Origin: Macrostomum lignano
Taxonomy: Eukaryota
Direction: 5' to 3'
Assembly: GCA_002269645.1 (NCBI GenBank)
Contig: NIVC01002233.1
Location: 17,306-81,305, forward strand
DNA length: 64,000 bases
This document shows, piece after piece, positions 52,901 to 64,000 of the stretch. How positions within the stretch are numbered: position 1 is the stretch's first letter; each line of letters starts with the position of its first letter. The notes under the pieces were generated by a model, which did no database searches, was not told the origin of the DNA, and saw only the letters and a program-made list of their open reading frames with translations. The position numbers and the translations under genes were made by a program.

Positions 52901-54245
52901 TATCCGTGTCCTGGCTAATACCAGCTGGGGCTGGAGGACCGAGGAACTCCTGTTGATCTACAAAAGTATTGTTGAGAGTTGTATCTGGTACTGCGCCCCA
53001 GCGTGGCTCCCCTGGCTGTCCAGCACTAGCTTTGAAAAACTCGAACGTGCTCAGAGAGAATGTCTCCGTCTAGCTGCGGGACTGGTGCGTTCCACCCCCA
53101 TTGAAGCGGTGTACGTGGAGACTAATATCGAGCCGATCCGTTATCAAGCGCGCAAAAGGGCGATGCTGGCCTGGGAAAAGGCCACCAGAGCCCCAGAGGG
53201 AGACCCGCTCAGGGAGTGTAGTGAAAGAACCGGAAACCGCAGACTTCAGGCGAACAAAGGGTGGAGGGATCAGGCCAGAGAGGAATGCCTGAGGAGGTCG
53301 ACCCACCCCAGAGAGGGCTTCACCAGAAAGAGACACCCGCCGTGGAGACGGCTACATATGGACGGCGTCGTGATCGCTACGGAGCTTATTCGCGGAGGAA
53401 AGAAGGGTGACAGCAACCTCGCCACAGAGACGATCGACACCATTAACGCCTGGGGCAAATTCGATTTGTCAATCTACACGGATGGGTCTGTTGGAGAAGG
53501 GCAGCGTAAGGGTGGTGCAGCTTGTGTCGTGTACTTTGACACGGAGAGACGCGTCAAGAAAGCGGCGGCCGGGGAGTGGTGCAGCTCCCTGGTTGCGGAG
53601 GAGCGAGCCCTGGAGCTGGCACTGGATACCATTGCGGAGGCCAAGCCGCGAAATGCCATCATCCTGACGGACTGTAAATCGGCCCTCCTCAAGCTCAGCA
53701 GCGAGAAAGCTACCCAGGATACCACGTCGTACCGCCTGATCAGTAGACTCCGTGAGATTAGCCAAGTTACCAGAGTGGTGCTGCAGTGGGTACCCGGTCA
53801 TGTTGGTGTCGCGGGCAACGAGGATGTCGACCAGGAGGCTAAGGAAGCAGCGGCTCTACCGCAGGACGACGTCCCCGTCATGTGGAACTGTGTAAAGGCG
53901 GCCATCAGGAAGGAGCCGGCGCCCCCGCCCTCTGATGAGCGTCTCCGTAGGGTCTACAAGCACAAAATTAACAAATGCGCTGAAAATCGTAGCACGGAGA
54001 CCACACTCGCCCAACTCAGATGTGGTCAATGCAAGAAGACGGCCTACTGGCGACAAAAAATCGGTGCTGAGGCAAAGGCGAGTTGTCAGGACTGCGGTGA
54101 GGAAGAGGACAAGGACCACTGGGTGTGGTGCGACAGGTGGCATAAGGAGAGGGCGCGTTTTGGTATTCAAGGTCTGGAGGATCTGGGAGATGAAGCGAAG
54201 GTGCTAGGGTTCCTGAAGTGCACGCACCCTGAGTGGGTGCAATGA
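49986..54245 (+). CDS. Retrotransposon polyprotein: 2A motif, two PHD fingers, AP endonuclease, reverse transcriptase, RNase H, C-terminal zinc knuckle (the frame is open from 49794; the true start is uncertain)
   Basis: DVERNPGP; two Cys/His PHD-type clusters; APE (LQWNADG, LQES, VYRPP, GDFN, SDHHPI); RT (YRPISL, QAGFQRGRST, GLPQGAVSSP, FADD, KYLG); RNase H (YTDGS, AEERA, TDC, QWVPGHVGVAGNE). Confidence 0.93.
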   Translation: MGWRATEIVPIAMDVERNPGPCGRCSKVITSGHRPIKCQECNKDFHGACTGLTRSAQERARQQPHWRCSNCQLDGQWKEESDAEERARWERDAEAIRNGDSCSAKGCKTKLKITKVIVRCKECHGLFHNKCSGASRASIEGEVRRGKWSCTDCLNRIRLTSEEASATDDQNTRTGEASAGWAVDRKSTLRILQWNADGVNNKRAELEEFLHNLDVDVAVLQESKLSEASETPRFRGYTTVRKDRREIRRSERARGGGLITLIKHNIPFKRLTAWKGNITEGLRTIVDISKKERIVITNVYRPPIRTVEGEDDRDRDSVWDWMSPDRREIILGDFNLHSAEWGATAEQSHQDQREAQELLDWSTEFQYQILNDGTATRTDWRTGAQSSPDVSLAAPDICMRCKWSCSRGLSSDHHPIIIDITAEREVRKIRKRLAWSWKKADWTEYQRRCEEAVTAVPRGPIAQETRALSEAMVQAAVKCIPKKRVGNRYMPFWDEQLAEAQALRDKESRENSDSRARWHSANETLSNLIKEKRSAFWREHVSKLQEGDDGKSTWRLIKTLHAVKEDCVPNEIVVNEGREARTDKEKAAVFINLYASNSKVQLGKEERALRAEVAKKLRTYNEGAEFSTPFTREELKDALDQMAADKKGGVDGIEVRFLKNLPEQCLDRWLDIFNRSWAEHSCPGIWKKAEIIPLLKAGKDPKQRESYRPISLTPVCAKLMERMVTNRLYFWMEDNKIIKSWQAGFQRGRSTEEQVIRLVQSIQDGWEERRPLKTVAVTLDCSKAYERVWRVKLMDRMLEEKVPAHLVKWFASFLEDRKGRVRVGDETSKFRRFQEGLPQGAVSSPALFLLYANGWNGLTEQGVEYGGFADDLAIWASGTVYSEVRDTIQRALIKIERWAKVLKIELNPTKCECCIFSRSPKDKSAVTGLTIAGRTIATVRKLKYLGITIDGGLTFAAHTEAVLNKMKRRVRAIRVLANTSWGWRTEELLLIYKSIVESCIWYCAPAWLPWLSSTSFEKLERAQRECLRLAAGLVRSTPIEAVYVETNIEPIRYQARKRAMLAWEKATRAPEGDPLRECSERTGNRRLQANKGWRDQAREECLRRSTHPREGFTRKRHPPWRRLHMDGVVIATELIRGGKKGDSNLATETIDTINAWGKFDLSIYTDGSVGEGQRKGGAACVVYFDTERRVKKAAAGEWCSSLVAEERALELALDTIAEAKPRNAIILTDCKSALLKLSSEKATQDTTSYRLISRLREISQVTRVVLQWVPGHVGVAGNEDVDQEAKEAAALPQDDVPVMWNCVKAAIRKEPAPPPSDERLRRVYKHKINKCAENRSTETTLAQLRCGQCKKTAYWRQKIGAEAKASCQDCGEEEDKDHWVWCDRWHKERARFGIQGLEDLGDEAKVLGFLKCTHPEWVQ

Positions 54246-55672
54246 GGGAACCCGCCCAGCCGAAGACACACACACACACACAACAACAACAACAACAACA
54301 ACAACAACAGCACCAACACCAACAGTCGCAGCAGCAGCCTCAGCCTCCAGTCCAGGCGGCTGTCCCCAGTAGCGCAGCGGATTCGCCGCTAGACCTGACA
54401 ATTCCAAAGCTGCCGTCGCGTCGCTAGCCAAGGCGAACGGACCGGCGACTTTGTCGGCGTCCGTCTGCGGCCCGGTGCCACTGGATTTGTCCTACAATTC
54501 TGGCAGGTCGACTGGCGCATCGAGGATCGATCGGTCGCGTAAGCAGCGTCGCTCTTTGCCGCCCTCGATGCTGACGGCTCCACAGCAGCAGCGACAGCAG
54601 GGGGTGCCGATACTCAGCCCGCTGCTCTTCCCCAGCCCGACTCTGCCAACAACGACGTCAACGTCTGCAGCAGCTCCGGCCTCGTCCAGCTCAGTCGGCG
54701 TCCATCATCAGCTGGCCGATCATCTGCCCGTGTGGACGCCTCGCCGGAGCCTCCAGGCGTCCCGGGCTGCTCAGATTCGCAGCATTCGGCGCCAGGAGCC
54801 GTCGACGATCCTAGCGGCGGCCGCGGCGGCCGCCAGCCGGTGACCACCTGCCACCAGTGCGGCCGCGGCTTCGTCTGCCAGGGCGACATGAACGCCCACT
54901 TCGAGCTGGAGCACCTGGCCGCGCTAATGGGCGAATTCGACCATGGCAAGTCTTGGAAATCCTCCGCCGTGGAGAACAAGGAGCTCAACGTTGAGGCGAC
55001 CATGGTGCGGCTGGAGAACGGCGACACGATCGGGTTCAAGTGCCCCGAGTGCGACTACTTTGCCAAGTGGCCCACCGAGCTGCAGAAGCACATCATGGTG
55101 CACTCCAGCGCCAGGCCGCACGTGTGCGTCGTCTGCGGCTGCACCTACAAGTGGAAGTGGGACCTCGGCAGACACTTCGACCGATCGCACGAGTCGGCCG
55201 CAATGCCCAATCCGTATAAGAAGAACTCAGCCAGGCCGTCCAGCGGCGGCGGCGGCGGCTACCCGAGCAGCGCATCAGCGGCTGCGACCTCCTCGACAGG
55301 CCGGTCAACTCCAAGGGCGCCGCGTCAAAGTGGCGGCAGCGGCAGTAGCCGTCTGGCTTCTCCATCGGCTGGCGGCTCAACGACGGCCGAGCTGCTGGCG
55401 TACTATTCCACTCCAGCCCGGTCCGCTGCCATGGCTGCCGCTGCTGCGTCTGCCGCTGCCGCCGCCGCCGCAGCTGCCGTCGGTGAGGCCGCTGTGTCCG
55501 CCGCGGCGTCGCCGTCTGAGCCCGAGAATTGTCGCCTCCGCCTCCGCGGCTGGTGCTGAAGTCCGAGGATGAAGACGGCGTCAATGATGACTCACAGCTG
55601 CAGCAGCAGCTCGCCTGTCCTATCTGTGGCGCACAGGTGAGTACCACTCATTTGGGGGGGGCGGGGTGAAAT

Positions 55673-56062
55673 CCTAAACTTCACAATCCCCAAACTTCAC
55701 AATCCCCCAAACTTCACAATCCCCCAAACTTTACAATCCCCAAACTTCACAATCCCCCAAACTTTACAATCCCCAAACTTTACAATCCCCAAACTTCACA
55801 ATCCCCAAACTTCACAATCCCCCAAACTTTACAATCCCCAAACTTCACAATCCCCAAACTTTACAATCCCCAAACTTCACAATCCCCAAACTTCACAATC
55901 CCCAAACTTCACAATCCCCAAACTTTACAATCCCAAACTTCACAATCCCCCAAACTTTACAATCCCCCAAACTTTACAATCCCCAAACTTCACAATCCCC
56001 CAAACTTCACAATCCTCCAAACTTCACAATCTCCAGAACTTCACAATTTCCCAAACTTCACC
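55673..56062. repeat. 16/17-bp minisatellite (CCCCAAACTTCACAAT)n in a zinc-finger intron
   Basis: Direct tandem array. Confidence 0.95.
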
Positions 56063-56532
56063 ATTAGCTCGAATATACAATTTATTACGTTATCAAATTT
56101 GCAGACTCGCTGGCCGGACGAGCTGAAGACTCACGTTGTCGGGCACAGCGAGTTCCGGCCCTACCGCTGCAGCGGCTGCCCCTTCGCCAGTCGCGAGCGC
56201 TCCGAAGTTGTCGCTCACATCGAAGCCTCCTGCTGCGAACCCGCTGGCGCCGGGCACCACCCAGCCGACTCGACGGTGCTGTGCGAGCCGCCGCCGCTCC
56301 TCGTCGGGGTGTTCGCCGACGGCGCCGAGGTGGCCGACTACGCAGAGAGGGCCGCTAGGCGTCAGCGGTTGCAGCAGTTCGATGGCGATGACGAAGAGGA
56401 CGAAGCAGCAACGGCCGGAGAGGCAGAAGAGGCGAATGACGACTCGAGAGATGAAGATGCCAAGGTGAGACTTGGTGAGCCTGTGCACTGTTGCTTCCCT
56501 TTATAGCCTTATATCTTCATAAGTGGTTTGAT

Positions 56533-56772
56533 TTCTGCTCATGAAGCTCTTCTAGTTTAGGTTCATTTCTGCTCATAGAGCTGTTCTAGTTTAGATCCAT
56601 TTCTGCTCATAGAGCTGTTCTAGTTTAGGTTCATTTCTGCTCATAGAGCTGTTCTAGTTTAGGTTCATTTCTGCTCATAGAGCTGTTCTAGTTTAGGTTC
56701 ATTTCTGCTCATAGAGCTGTTCTAGTTTAGGTTCATTTCTGCTCATAGAGCTGTTCTGTTCATTTCTGCTCA
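56533..56772. repeat. 34-bp minisatellite (TTCATTTCTGCTCATAGAGCTGTTCTAGTTTAGG)n in a zinc-finger intron
   Basis: About 7 units. Confidence 0.93.
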
Positions 56773-58839
56773 TTTAAATATTCTACAGTTCCATAGCTAA
56801 AAATCGAAGGCTAACATCAAGTTCCGTCACCTTTACCAGGCCACTTCGCTGCTCAAATCAGAGCCCGGCTCGCCAGCAGAAGCTCCATCTTCCTCGGTCA
56901 GGGAGCCGCCTGAGATGCCCGAGTTGGCAGTCCAACCGTTGCCAAGCGGCTTGACGCGCCGCGGTCTTGTGACAGCAGCAGCAGCAACAGCGGCAGCGGC
57001 GGCTCTAAAGAGCTTGCAAATCAATTTTAACTAGCAAGGCTGCTTGAACAGACAAAAAGACACTGTATGTCCGATTCTTTGTTATCTTTTCCCACGGCTT
57101 AATATTATTATTTTTGCCCTCAGAAACATTGAAAACTTGTTCTTGCGAATCCTGTCGTTCTTCCCGTCTTGGTTTGCGCTCTTTGTGCGGCACATACAAC
57201 CTGTACATACAGGCATGTAATTTTTGTTTCCGAGCAGACTAATTAATTGCTGTATGCTGTAAAAGATGAAAACTGTAAAACAAATTTTACCGGCGAAATC
57301 TGACACGACGTATGCTCACTGTTAACGTCTTGGCTTCCTTTCCTCCCTCCGATCCTGTTGCTGGCTGCAGCCGCATTCTAGGACGCCCCCCCCGATACAC
57401 CAGAGAACTGTTCCCATTCCCCATCTTTGTTTACATGTGCCTTTTTGCATGTTTACATCTATCAATAGACGCGTGCGCAGCCTCTGTTTAGCATTGAAAC
57501 AATTCCGCGAACGTCCGCAACTAGGAAGTTTTTGGTGCTTGCGAAAATATTAAATCATTTCTATTCTCTCTTTTTTGTCCTTCATGCACGTACATGTTAT
57601 GCAGCCACCCGCTACTGTAGCAATGTGTTTTGCACCTGTGTGTATCCAAAAATACAGTGAAATTGCTTTGCGTTCAACAGTTTACATGGAAACCATAGAT
57701 ACATATGCAGGCTTAAACATATATTGATAGTGTTTTTCTCAATTAAATTCATAATAGGTAATCAAAGCACTGATTATGATTGCTGCAACACTCATACAAG
57801 GTCCAGAGGGGGAAAATAGGAATTGAAAAGGGAGGCCCATTGAAAACGTTACCGTGACAAGAATTGCTAGAGTCATTGCAAACAACAATCTATACTAGCG
57901 ACTCTTGTGACTCAAACGATTGTGTAATGCGACTGTTGGTCGACACGAGCGCATCACGCGAGTTGGAGAATCGTAAGAGTGGCGAAAAGGTCATCAAAAA
58001 TCGTTGTATTAGCGCTTAACTTTCTACTAACTCGAGTAGACTAAATAGAGCTGTTATAAATTCAAAATGCGATTCTAATTTATGATCTGACGCAGATGCG
58101 CTTAGCGTATTTGCGACGCCACGCAACTCAGCGATTCCACAGCGACTCTGGCCCCAGGGTCGTGGGGCGTCGCCCCGGAGTCATTCTGCATCAAGTTTGC
58201 TGCATCAATTCAATTGGTTTAAATTGCAGATTAAACGACTTGAAGGCAACAAGTTTCTTAGAATCAATCACGCACTTTCTCCCAAAGCCGGAACTGCCGG
58301 ACTCTGCGCGGCGGTGCTGCCGAGGCTAGCGGGGATCCCTTCAACATCAGTTTTTATTGTTTGTTGAAAAAAGAGAACCAAACACAAACGAACAAGTAAA
58401 CGGTAGGACAAATATGACAGAACACAATAAAAAACATTTAGTAAGCAGAAGCACACAGAACAGTTGAGAAAAGTCTTACAGACAAGCAATTGCTGCTTTT
58501 AAAAAGAGAGAATAGAGAACGCACACACTAGTCAAAGCAAAGTGTTAAATAATTAAAGTTTTTTTGTCAAAATTACATGGAGGTTTTGCACGGGGAGACA
58601 AACTGAACAAAACAAACTAGAAGCAGAAATCGGAAAAATAAAAACAAATATTTATTTTGAAAAAACTGAAACAAAACGCGGTTCTGTACATGCAGGGGGA
58701 TTAATAGATAAGAGCCGGCCCGCGAAGTCTCTCTATGCGGCCCTCAGGTTCTTTGAAACTGCCCAATAGCAATCCGGGTTTTTTCTTCTCATCTCTCCTC
58801 TCTCCTCTCTCCCCTCTTCTCTCTTTTATCTGCCCTTAT

Positions 58840-59195
58840 TGGGGATAGCAGCCAGGGTAAAAACCTTAGAGGGTAGCGACCAGGGTAGAACACCTTAGAC
58901 AGAGGATAGCGGCCTGGGTAGAACACCTTAGACAGAGAATAGCGGCCTGGGTAGAACACCTTAGACAGAGAATAGAGGCATGGGTAGAACACCTTAGACA
59001 GAGGCTAGCGGCCTGGGTAGAACACCTTAGACAGAGGCTAGCGGCCTGGGTAGAACACCTTAGACAGAGGCTAGCGGCCTGGGTAGAACACCTTAGACAG
59101 AGGCTAGCGGCCTGGGTAGAACACCTTAGACAGAGGCTAGCGGCCTGGGTAGAACACCTTAGACAGAGGCTAGGGTGGAAAACCAGACAGGGTAG
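58840..59195. repeat. 33-bp minisatellite (GGGTAGAACACCTTAGACAGAGGCTAGCGGCCT)n
   Basis: About 10 units. Confidence 0.93.
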
Positions 59196-59617
59196 CGACT
59201 TTAATAGACTCATAATTACATTTTTAAATACATTGAGCGAGAAGCGAACGGCGATAAAAAAGTATTATATAATTGCAAACTTGATACTTTATTAATTAAA
59301 GTAGATTATGTAATTGTAAAAACAGAGCAGCCATATACCGGAAACCAACAATGACCATGGGCGCGTGCACACAAAGCGAGAATTTAAAGCATAGTAAAAA
59401 ATTAAATTTCATACATCAATGTTGGCGAATGATTGGGTATTAATGGGGAGTTTATCATTTTTGCTAATCAACTAATACTTAGATAAATTTTGGGAATAAA
59501 CACACTGCACACACATATACAAATATATATATTTCACAAATCCACGTACAGATAAGATTACACAACAGAAATCCATAGCTTAGAAAATCTGAATAAGAAA
59601 ATATAGATTTATTAGTT

Positions 59618-59619
<2 letters not shown>

Positions 59620-59682
<63 letters not shown>
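59620..59682. repeat. (CA)n microsatellite
   Basis: Read directly from the sequence. Confidence 0.95.
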
Positions 59683-59684
<2 letters not shown>

Positions 59685-60452
59685 TCAGACATACACGGTG
59701 TCAACGGTGGGAAAAAGCGATAGCGTAAAAAATATTGTAATACGAAAAAGAAGAAACAGGCGCAAAACTGCTAGCAGTAGTAGTAGTAGCAGCGCGTCAA
59801 CTAAAATTGGGTAGAAAAACAGAAAAAAAAACAAAAAATGGTTTTTTTGATCAGAAGCAAAAGATTTTTAATTTTCAGTTTTACACAGAGACGCGCGATT
59901 ATGTGTAGATCATATTTATAAGGGTAATGCAGCATTGGCCCAAATCAATTGGGGCGCATGCGGACCCGCTGGGCTGAGAGTGTCCAACTTATCTAATTTC
60001 CGCTACGTTATGTTACTAACAGTAGTCTGTTGAGAAGTAACATAAATTTGTATAGATTGAAGGCGTTCTGCATGCGGCAATCTTTATTCTGCTCCCACCA
60101 GGCCCAATATGCATATGAAAACAAATTAATGAGTGAAAAAAATAATAAGACAAACTATACGAACAACTTCTGATGAAAAAATCAAAATATAACACAAAAG
60201 TACAGTTATATGAAGAGAAGAGTTCAACAATCAACAAATAGTTAATATAACTGGCATTACAAAATCACACACGCACACACCTAGAGCTCAAAATAGGGAC
60301 TGCACACTGCCAAATATTTGGTTTTAAACATTTTAGCAAAGAAGAAACCAATGTAAAGATTAACTTCCATAGTATCCTTACTGATAGTAAGCAGTGCATT
60401 CAAATTAAAGATGATATTTAACAAAACTAGTACTAGTTCAAATTCAACATAA

Positions 60453-61919
60453 TTAAGAGGGCGAGTTGCCTTCCAGTTCGCGTTTCTCATAGTGACTAAA
60501 GTCGTCAAAGATGCTGGTACTGTGCCTATAGGACCTGATGATGCCGAGCACCTGGCGGCCCTGCTCAATAGGCACGTTTGTGCAGTCGCGAGAATTAGTC
60601 ACCGGCTTGTTCTCGTTAGTTGCCACCCGGACGTGGCGCAATTGACTATTTGGCACGTCCTTAACGTAAATCCATTTGATTTTGAACTCGCCAAGCCATT
60701 TATCCTGGCACCAGACGCCAGCATTTTTATTAACGTCAACCTGCGTTATCATCTGGGCTACGCCGCAGAAATGGCCGGACCCGTTCACTGAGAACAGCAG
60801 ATAGACTCGGCCGCCACGATTCGCTGTCCGACTGAAAGCGCCGTTGAGCACTTCGTTGCCGCGCTTTGTACTGCACCAAATCGAATATTTAATAGCTCGA
60901 TGAATATCGTCTTCGCTGTAGCTTTTAATAACGTAGAACTCTGAGTTGTCTGGCACGTCGTGCTTAGCCGGATTAATGTCCTGCTCAAGCTGGCGCAGCT
61001 GCTCCTCCGATGCAGCCGGCACGGGCTCCAGCGATTGCAACTGGCCACGATTGCCAGATGCTGGCTGCTGCTGCTGGTATTGCGGCACGTAGCCCTGACC
61101 TGGAGCCATGGAAGCCGCATTGCCGCGAGCCGGCTGCTGCTGCTGTTTCCCAGCGGCGTGACCTACAGCCAGGCCGCCAGTGCCTTTGCCTAGCGCCTTC
61201 GGATTGCCAGCCTTGTTGCCAATAGCAACCGGCACGGCCACTGGCTCGCCGGGCGCCGAGCCGCCAGACGCCGGTTTTTGAGCACCGCCGCTGGGTCCGA
61301 CAGGCGCCTGAGAGGCGGCAATTTTGGCCCAAGTTTTTGGAGCGGCGGCGCCGGCTGTCGACGTGCTCAAGGCTGGGAAGTCGACAGCTGAACTGTCGGA
61401 TTGCTGCTGCTGCTGCTGCTGCTGTTGAACGCTAAGACCGGCGATGCCCTGCTCAAGGATCGCCATCGAGTCTGCCGTGCCGTTGTTAGCGGACTGCGCG
61501 CCGGCTACAGCGGAGGCGGCTGTAGCAGCGGGCTGGTGCGGCATCGGCGCGTAGCCAGCAGGAGCCGGCGGCGGCGGCGGCGGCGGATGCGCGTAGCCGG
61601 GCCACACAGTCAAGTCGCCACTCTCGAAGCTGTTAGCAGCCGCGGCGGCTGCGGCAGCTGCAACGGGATTCCACATGCCGCCACCGTATCCGGTCTGATG
61701 CGGCGAGGCCTGCATATAGCCTGGGTAGCCGTACGAGTTGCCCTGATAGTAGCCCTCGGGGCTGTACTGCTGCTGCTGGGCGTAGTCGGCCGCCGGAGCG
61801 CCGGTTGACCAAACGGATCCAACGTCGACGCCGATTTGGCCGCCAGAGTAAGCAAAATTCTGCATCAGATAGGGCGCCTGGTGTTGACTGTAGTCTCCCA
61901 TGGCCTGGTTGTTTAGCAT
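60453..61919 (-). CDS. YTHDF: YTH-domain family m6A reader, ~488 aa (start probably ATG 61919 or 61901)
   Basis: P/Q/A-rich low-complexity N-terminus and a C-terminal YTH domain: [24 protein letters not shown]...[17 protein letters not shown]...GVWCQDKW...VKDVPN...NKPVTNSRD...[14 protein letters not shown] splice-acceptor-like TTCATGCAG lies upstream of the ATG. Confidence 0.93.
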   Translation of the reverse strand: MLNNQAMGDYSQHQAPYLMQNFAYSGGQIGVDVGSVWSTGAPAADYAQQQQYSPEGYYQGNSYGYPGYMQASPHQTGYGGGMWNPVAAAAAAAAANSFESGDLTVWPGYAHPPPPPPPAPAGYAPMPHQPAATAASAVAGAQSANNGTADSMAILEQGIAGLSVQQQQQQQQQSDSSAVDFPALSTSTAGAAAPKTWAKIAASQAPVGPSGGAQKPASGGSAPGEPVAVPVAIGNKAGNPKALGKGTGGLAVGHAAGKQQQQPARGNAASMAPGQGYVPQYQQQQPASGNRGQLQSLEPVPAASEEQLRQLEQDINPAKHDVPDNSEFYVIKSYSEDDIHRAIKYSIWCSTKRGNEVLNGAFSRTANRGGRVYLLFSVNGSGHFCGVAQMITQVDVNKNAGVWCQDKWLGEFKIKWIYVKDVPNSQLRHVRVATNENKPVTNSRDCTNVPIEQGRQVLGIIRSYRHSTSIFDDFSHYEKRELEGNSPS

Positions 61920-62365
61920 CCGTTCTGTTAGGTTCAAGTCTGCATGAATTTCATAAAAAGAGTTGCTTAGATGAGACAAACCTTTGAAGCTTGACGGGAT
62001 GGATGGAAGTCGGCTATGGTCTCCATTCGAACACCGCATAATCAAGGACTACTAAATTCTACAGCAGCAAAATCTTATTGCTTATCTCACTCAGACAAAC
62101 TTTGCTGGGAAAGTTTGCTATCAAAAAACAGCAATTATACATAGTCACTATCCTATTCTATAAAATTAGATTATTTATAATTGATGCTGTCTCTTGCTAA
62201 TAATGTTTTTTATATAACTAATTGCAAAGATGAATTTTTGTGAATAGTAGTATATAAGTAGGTGTATAATATACATAGATATGACCAATATACAAATTAG
62301 TATAAATAATTTATTGTCCATTGAAAACTATACAGTGTATATAGTAAATGCTATATGTAGGTCTA

Positions 62366-62608
62366 TACATGTGCAATAGCCAGCTGGCTGAGAGGCCAAG
62401 CCAAGGTAAATCACAAAAAATGCCTACCCAAAAATATAGATGTAACACTAGTTAGATGACAAGGCATCTAGCCTTAAGTCAAAGTTACTCCTATTGTTTA
62501 CCCAAAATTATACTAATTTTTGCTTAGGTTCTTTTATAGGTAAGTCACATTTTTGGTCAAAGAGTAAGTTGCACTGCCAGTATAAATCAGGGGGGTTGCA
62601 CATGTATG
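62366..62608. mobile_element. Second, older copy of the 28S-fragment-carrying hAT-type MITE
   Basis: Ends TACATGTGCAA and GTTGCACATGTATG; flanks TAGGTCTA and TTGGTCTA (7/8). The interior is homologous to 43676-43974, and a 28S-like segment lies at 62446-62503. Confidence 0.7.
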
Positions 62609-64000
62609 TTGGTCTAGACCCAAAACTCTTACCCTATGCCTATGTGAACAATAAACCTAAAAATGTTGCTCTTTTAGAGTTAAGACCTAGGTCTTTTTAG
62701 TCAGTGATACTTGGGGCACGGAATGGCATATTTAAAAAACTAATTTAAATATTTAACAAAAAGCCAAGCACATGAATAAGATATAATCATTTATCACTTC
62801 TATTACTAGACATTAAAGGTAGTGAGAAACTAAAAATTGCCAATAATTTTTGGAATGTTTGGAAATCAAATCTTAATAATTGAATATAGTATAGTTGAAT
62901 TAATTTGATATGTTTATTCTTTCTGTAATAAGGGCATAGGCCTCAATTTTTACTTCTTAGAGAGTTGCATTTTAAAAGATTACTATTGTTATATTACACA
63001 AATATTAAAAACATTTCTTATATTCAATATATTTTATATACTATATATCATTGTTTGTTTTAAAAAGTAATAGAAAAACTTTACTATAAAAGGAAGCCAG
63101 TTGAAAGCCAAGAAAAATAAACTTGTTTTCTTTTCCTTTCTTGTTTAGTTTTTCAAAGCTTTTTTACTTTGTATACTCTACTAGGTATTCTATTTGGAGA
63201 CAAAAGTCAAATCAGCTTCAGGGCTTATAATTGCTCTCATGTTACTTATTTTGAGTAGTAGATAGCGACTTAAGAATAGCCCCAAGATTGGGAGAATTAA
63301 ATCCATTCTCAAAGAATGAGATACCTAGATTTAGAATCTAAGAAATTGCTTTTAAAAGGCAGAAATCCTACCATAGGATAGAATAGTCTAGTATCAAGTC
63401 TAAGAAACCTACCTCAAGGCAGAAAACCTAGTAAGTAAACTGTGAACCTCTGATCCTAGGAATGCCTAGGACTAAGAGAATAAAAATCCTTAGAGGAGTA
63501 TAGGGATAGAGTAGACAGTGCCATAAGACTACTTAGGCTAGAAGTATAGTACATATACATATGCTACCACATACATACCCAATACCCATTTGACCCATCC
63601 AAACTAGACAGGTGAAATGGCCACTGGCCAAGTAAGTTGCAAAATCAAAAATGCAAAAAAATGAAAAATTAGGGGAAGAAAGAAAGGAGATGAAGAGAAA
63701 GGAGAATAAAGGAAAGAGACAAGAGAGAGGAAAAGAGGAGAGAGAAAGAGAAAGAGAGAAGAAAAGAGAAAAAGGCAAGAAAAGTCATATACAAAATGAA
63801 AATTAAGTCACAATCGGGGAACTAAATTACAATTGAGAGGAACTAAGTCATAAATCTGGATAAAACTAAGTCGCACTGGATGGATAAAATTTTGAGGTTA
63901 GGCATGTATGTGCTACCAATAGATAAATTCATGCGCTACCAATAAAAGTATATAACTAACAGCAGTAAGATCATTTCAAAGGATAGAAATTAGCCCTATT

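Larger units (their letters stand above)
49838..54310 (+). mobile_element. Full-length, apparently intact Ingi-like (I-group) non-LTR retrotransposon
   Basis: Single uninterrupted ORF, 5' ribozyme fold, a short 3' UTR with a (CA)n(CAA)n tail, and CAACAACA on both flanks as a candidate TSD. Confidence 0.9.
54281..57034 (+). pseudogene. Disrupted C2H2 zinc-finger transcription factor with polyQ and two PXDLS-type motifs; exons ~54281-55637, 56105-56464, 56840-57034
   Basis: Fingers CHQC..HFELEH, CPEC..HIMVH, CVVC..HFDRSH, CPICGAQ/TRWPDELKTHVVGH (split by an intron) and CSGC..H; motifs PLDLT and PLDLS. The first exon needs three 1-nt frameshifts (~54408, ~54731, ~55528), and the 5' part is separated by the LINE. 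Confidence 0.75.

Noticed and set aside
61920-62045. N-terminal extension of the YTHDF ORF given in the track
   Set aside because: It looks like intron or outron sequence with a pyrimidine tract and acceptor, and it does not resemble YTHDF N-termini.

Overview
Eukaryotic (metazoan) genomic DNA with GT-AG introns, GC-rich exons and introns or intergenic spaces full of mini- and microsatellites. The style resembles the free-living flatworm Macrostomum, but the species is only inferred. Genes, with splice phases checked by hand: a KLHL10-like BTB-BACK-Kelch gene (-), lathosterol oxidase SC5D (+), a DGAT2/MOGAT acyltransferase (+), an AK2-like adenylate kinase (-), NAT9 (-), an HR96/NR1J-like nuclear receptor (-), a disrupted polyQ/PXDLS C2H2 zinc-finger gene (+) and YTHDF (-). 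Three highlights: (1) a 57-aa BRAWNIN/UQCC6-like microprotein ORF, too short for the ORF track, overlaps the NAT9 start codon by 14 nt. (2) An intact Ingi-like non-LTR retrotransposon carries a well-formed HDV-like ribozyme at its 5' end, a 2A (DVExNPGP) motif, two PHD fingers, APE, RT and RNase H, and sits in a CAA/polyQ tract of the zinc-finger gene. (3) A hAT-type MITE family carries a fragment of 28S rRNA that spans the R2/I-PpoI target site. The window also holds CORE-type tRNA SINEs, several MITEs and about 20 tandem arrays, several of which share a GGCGATTCT core.
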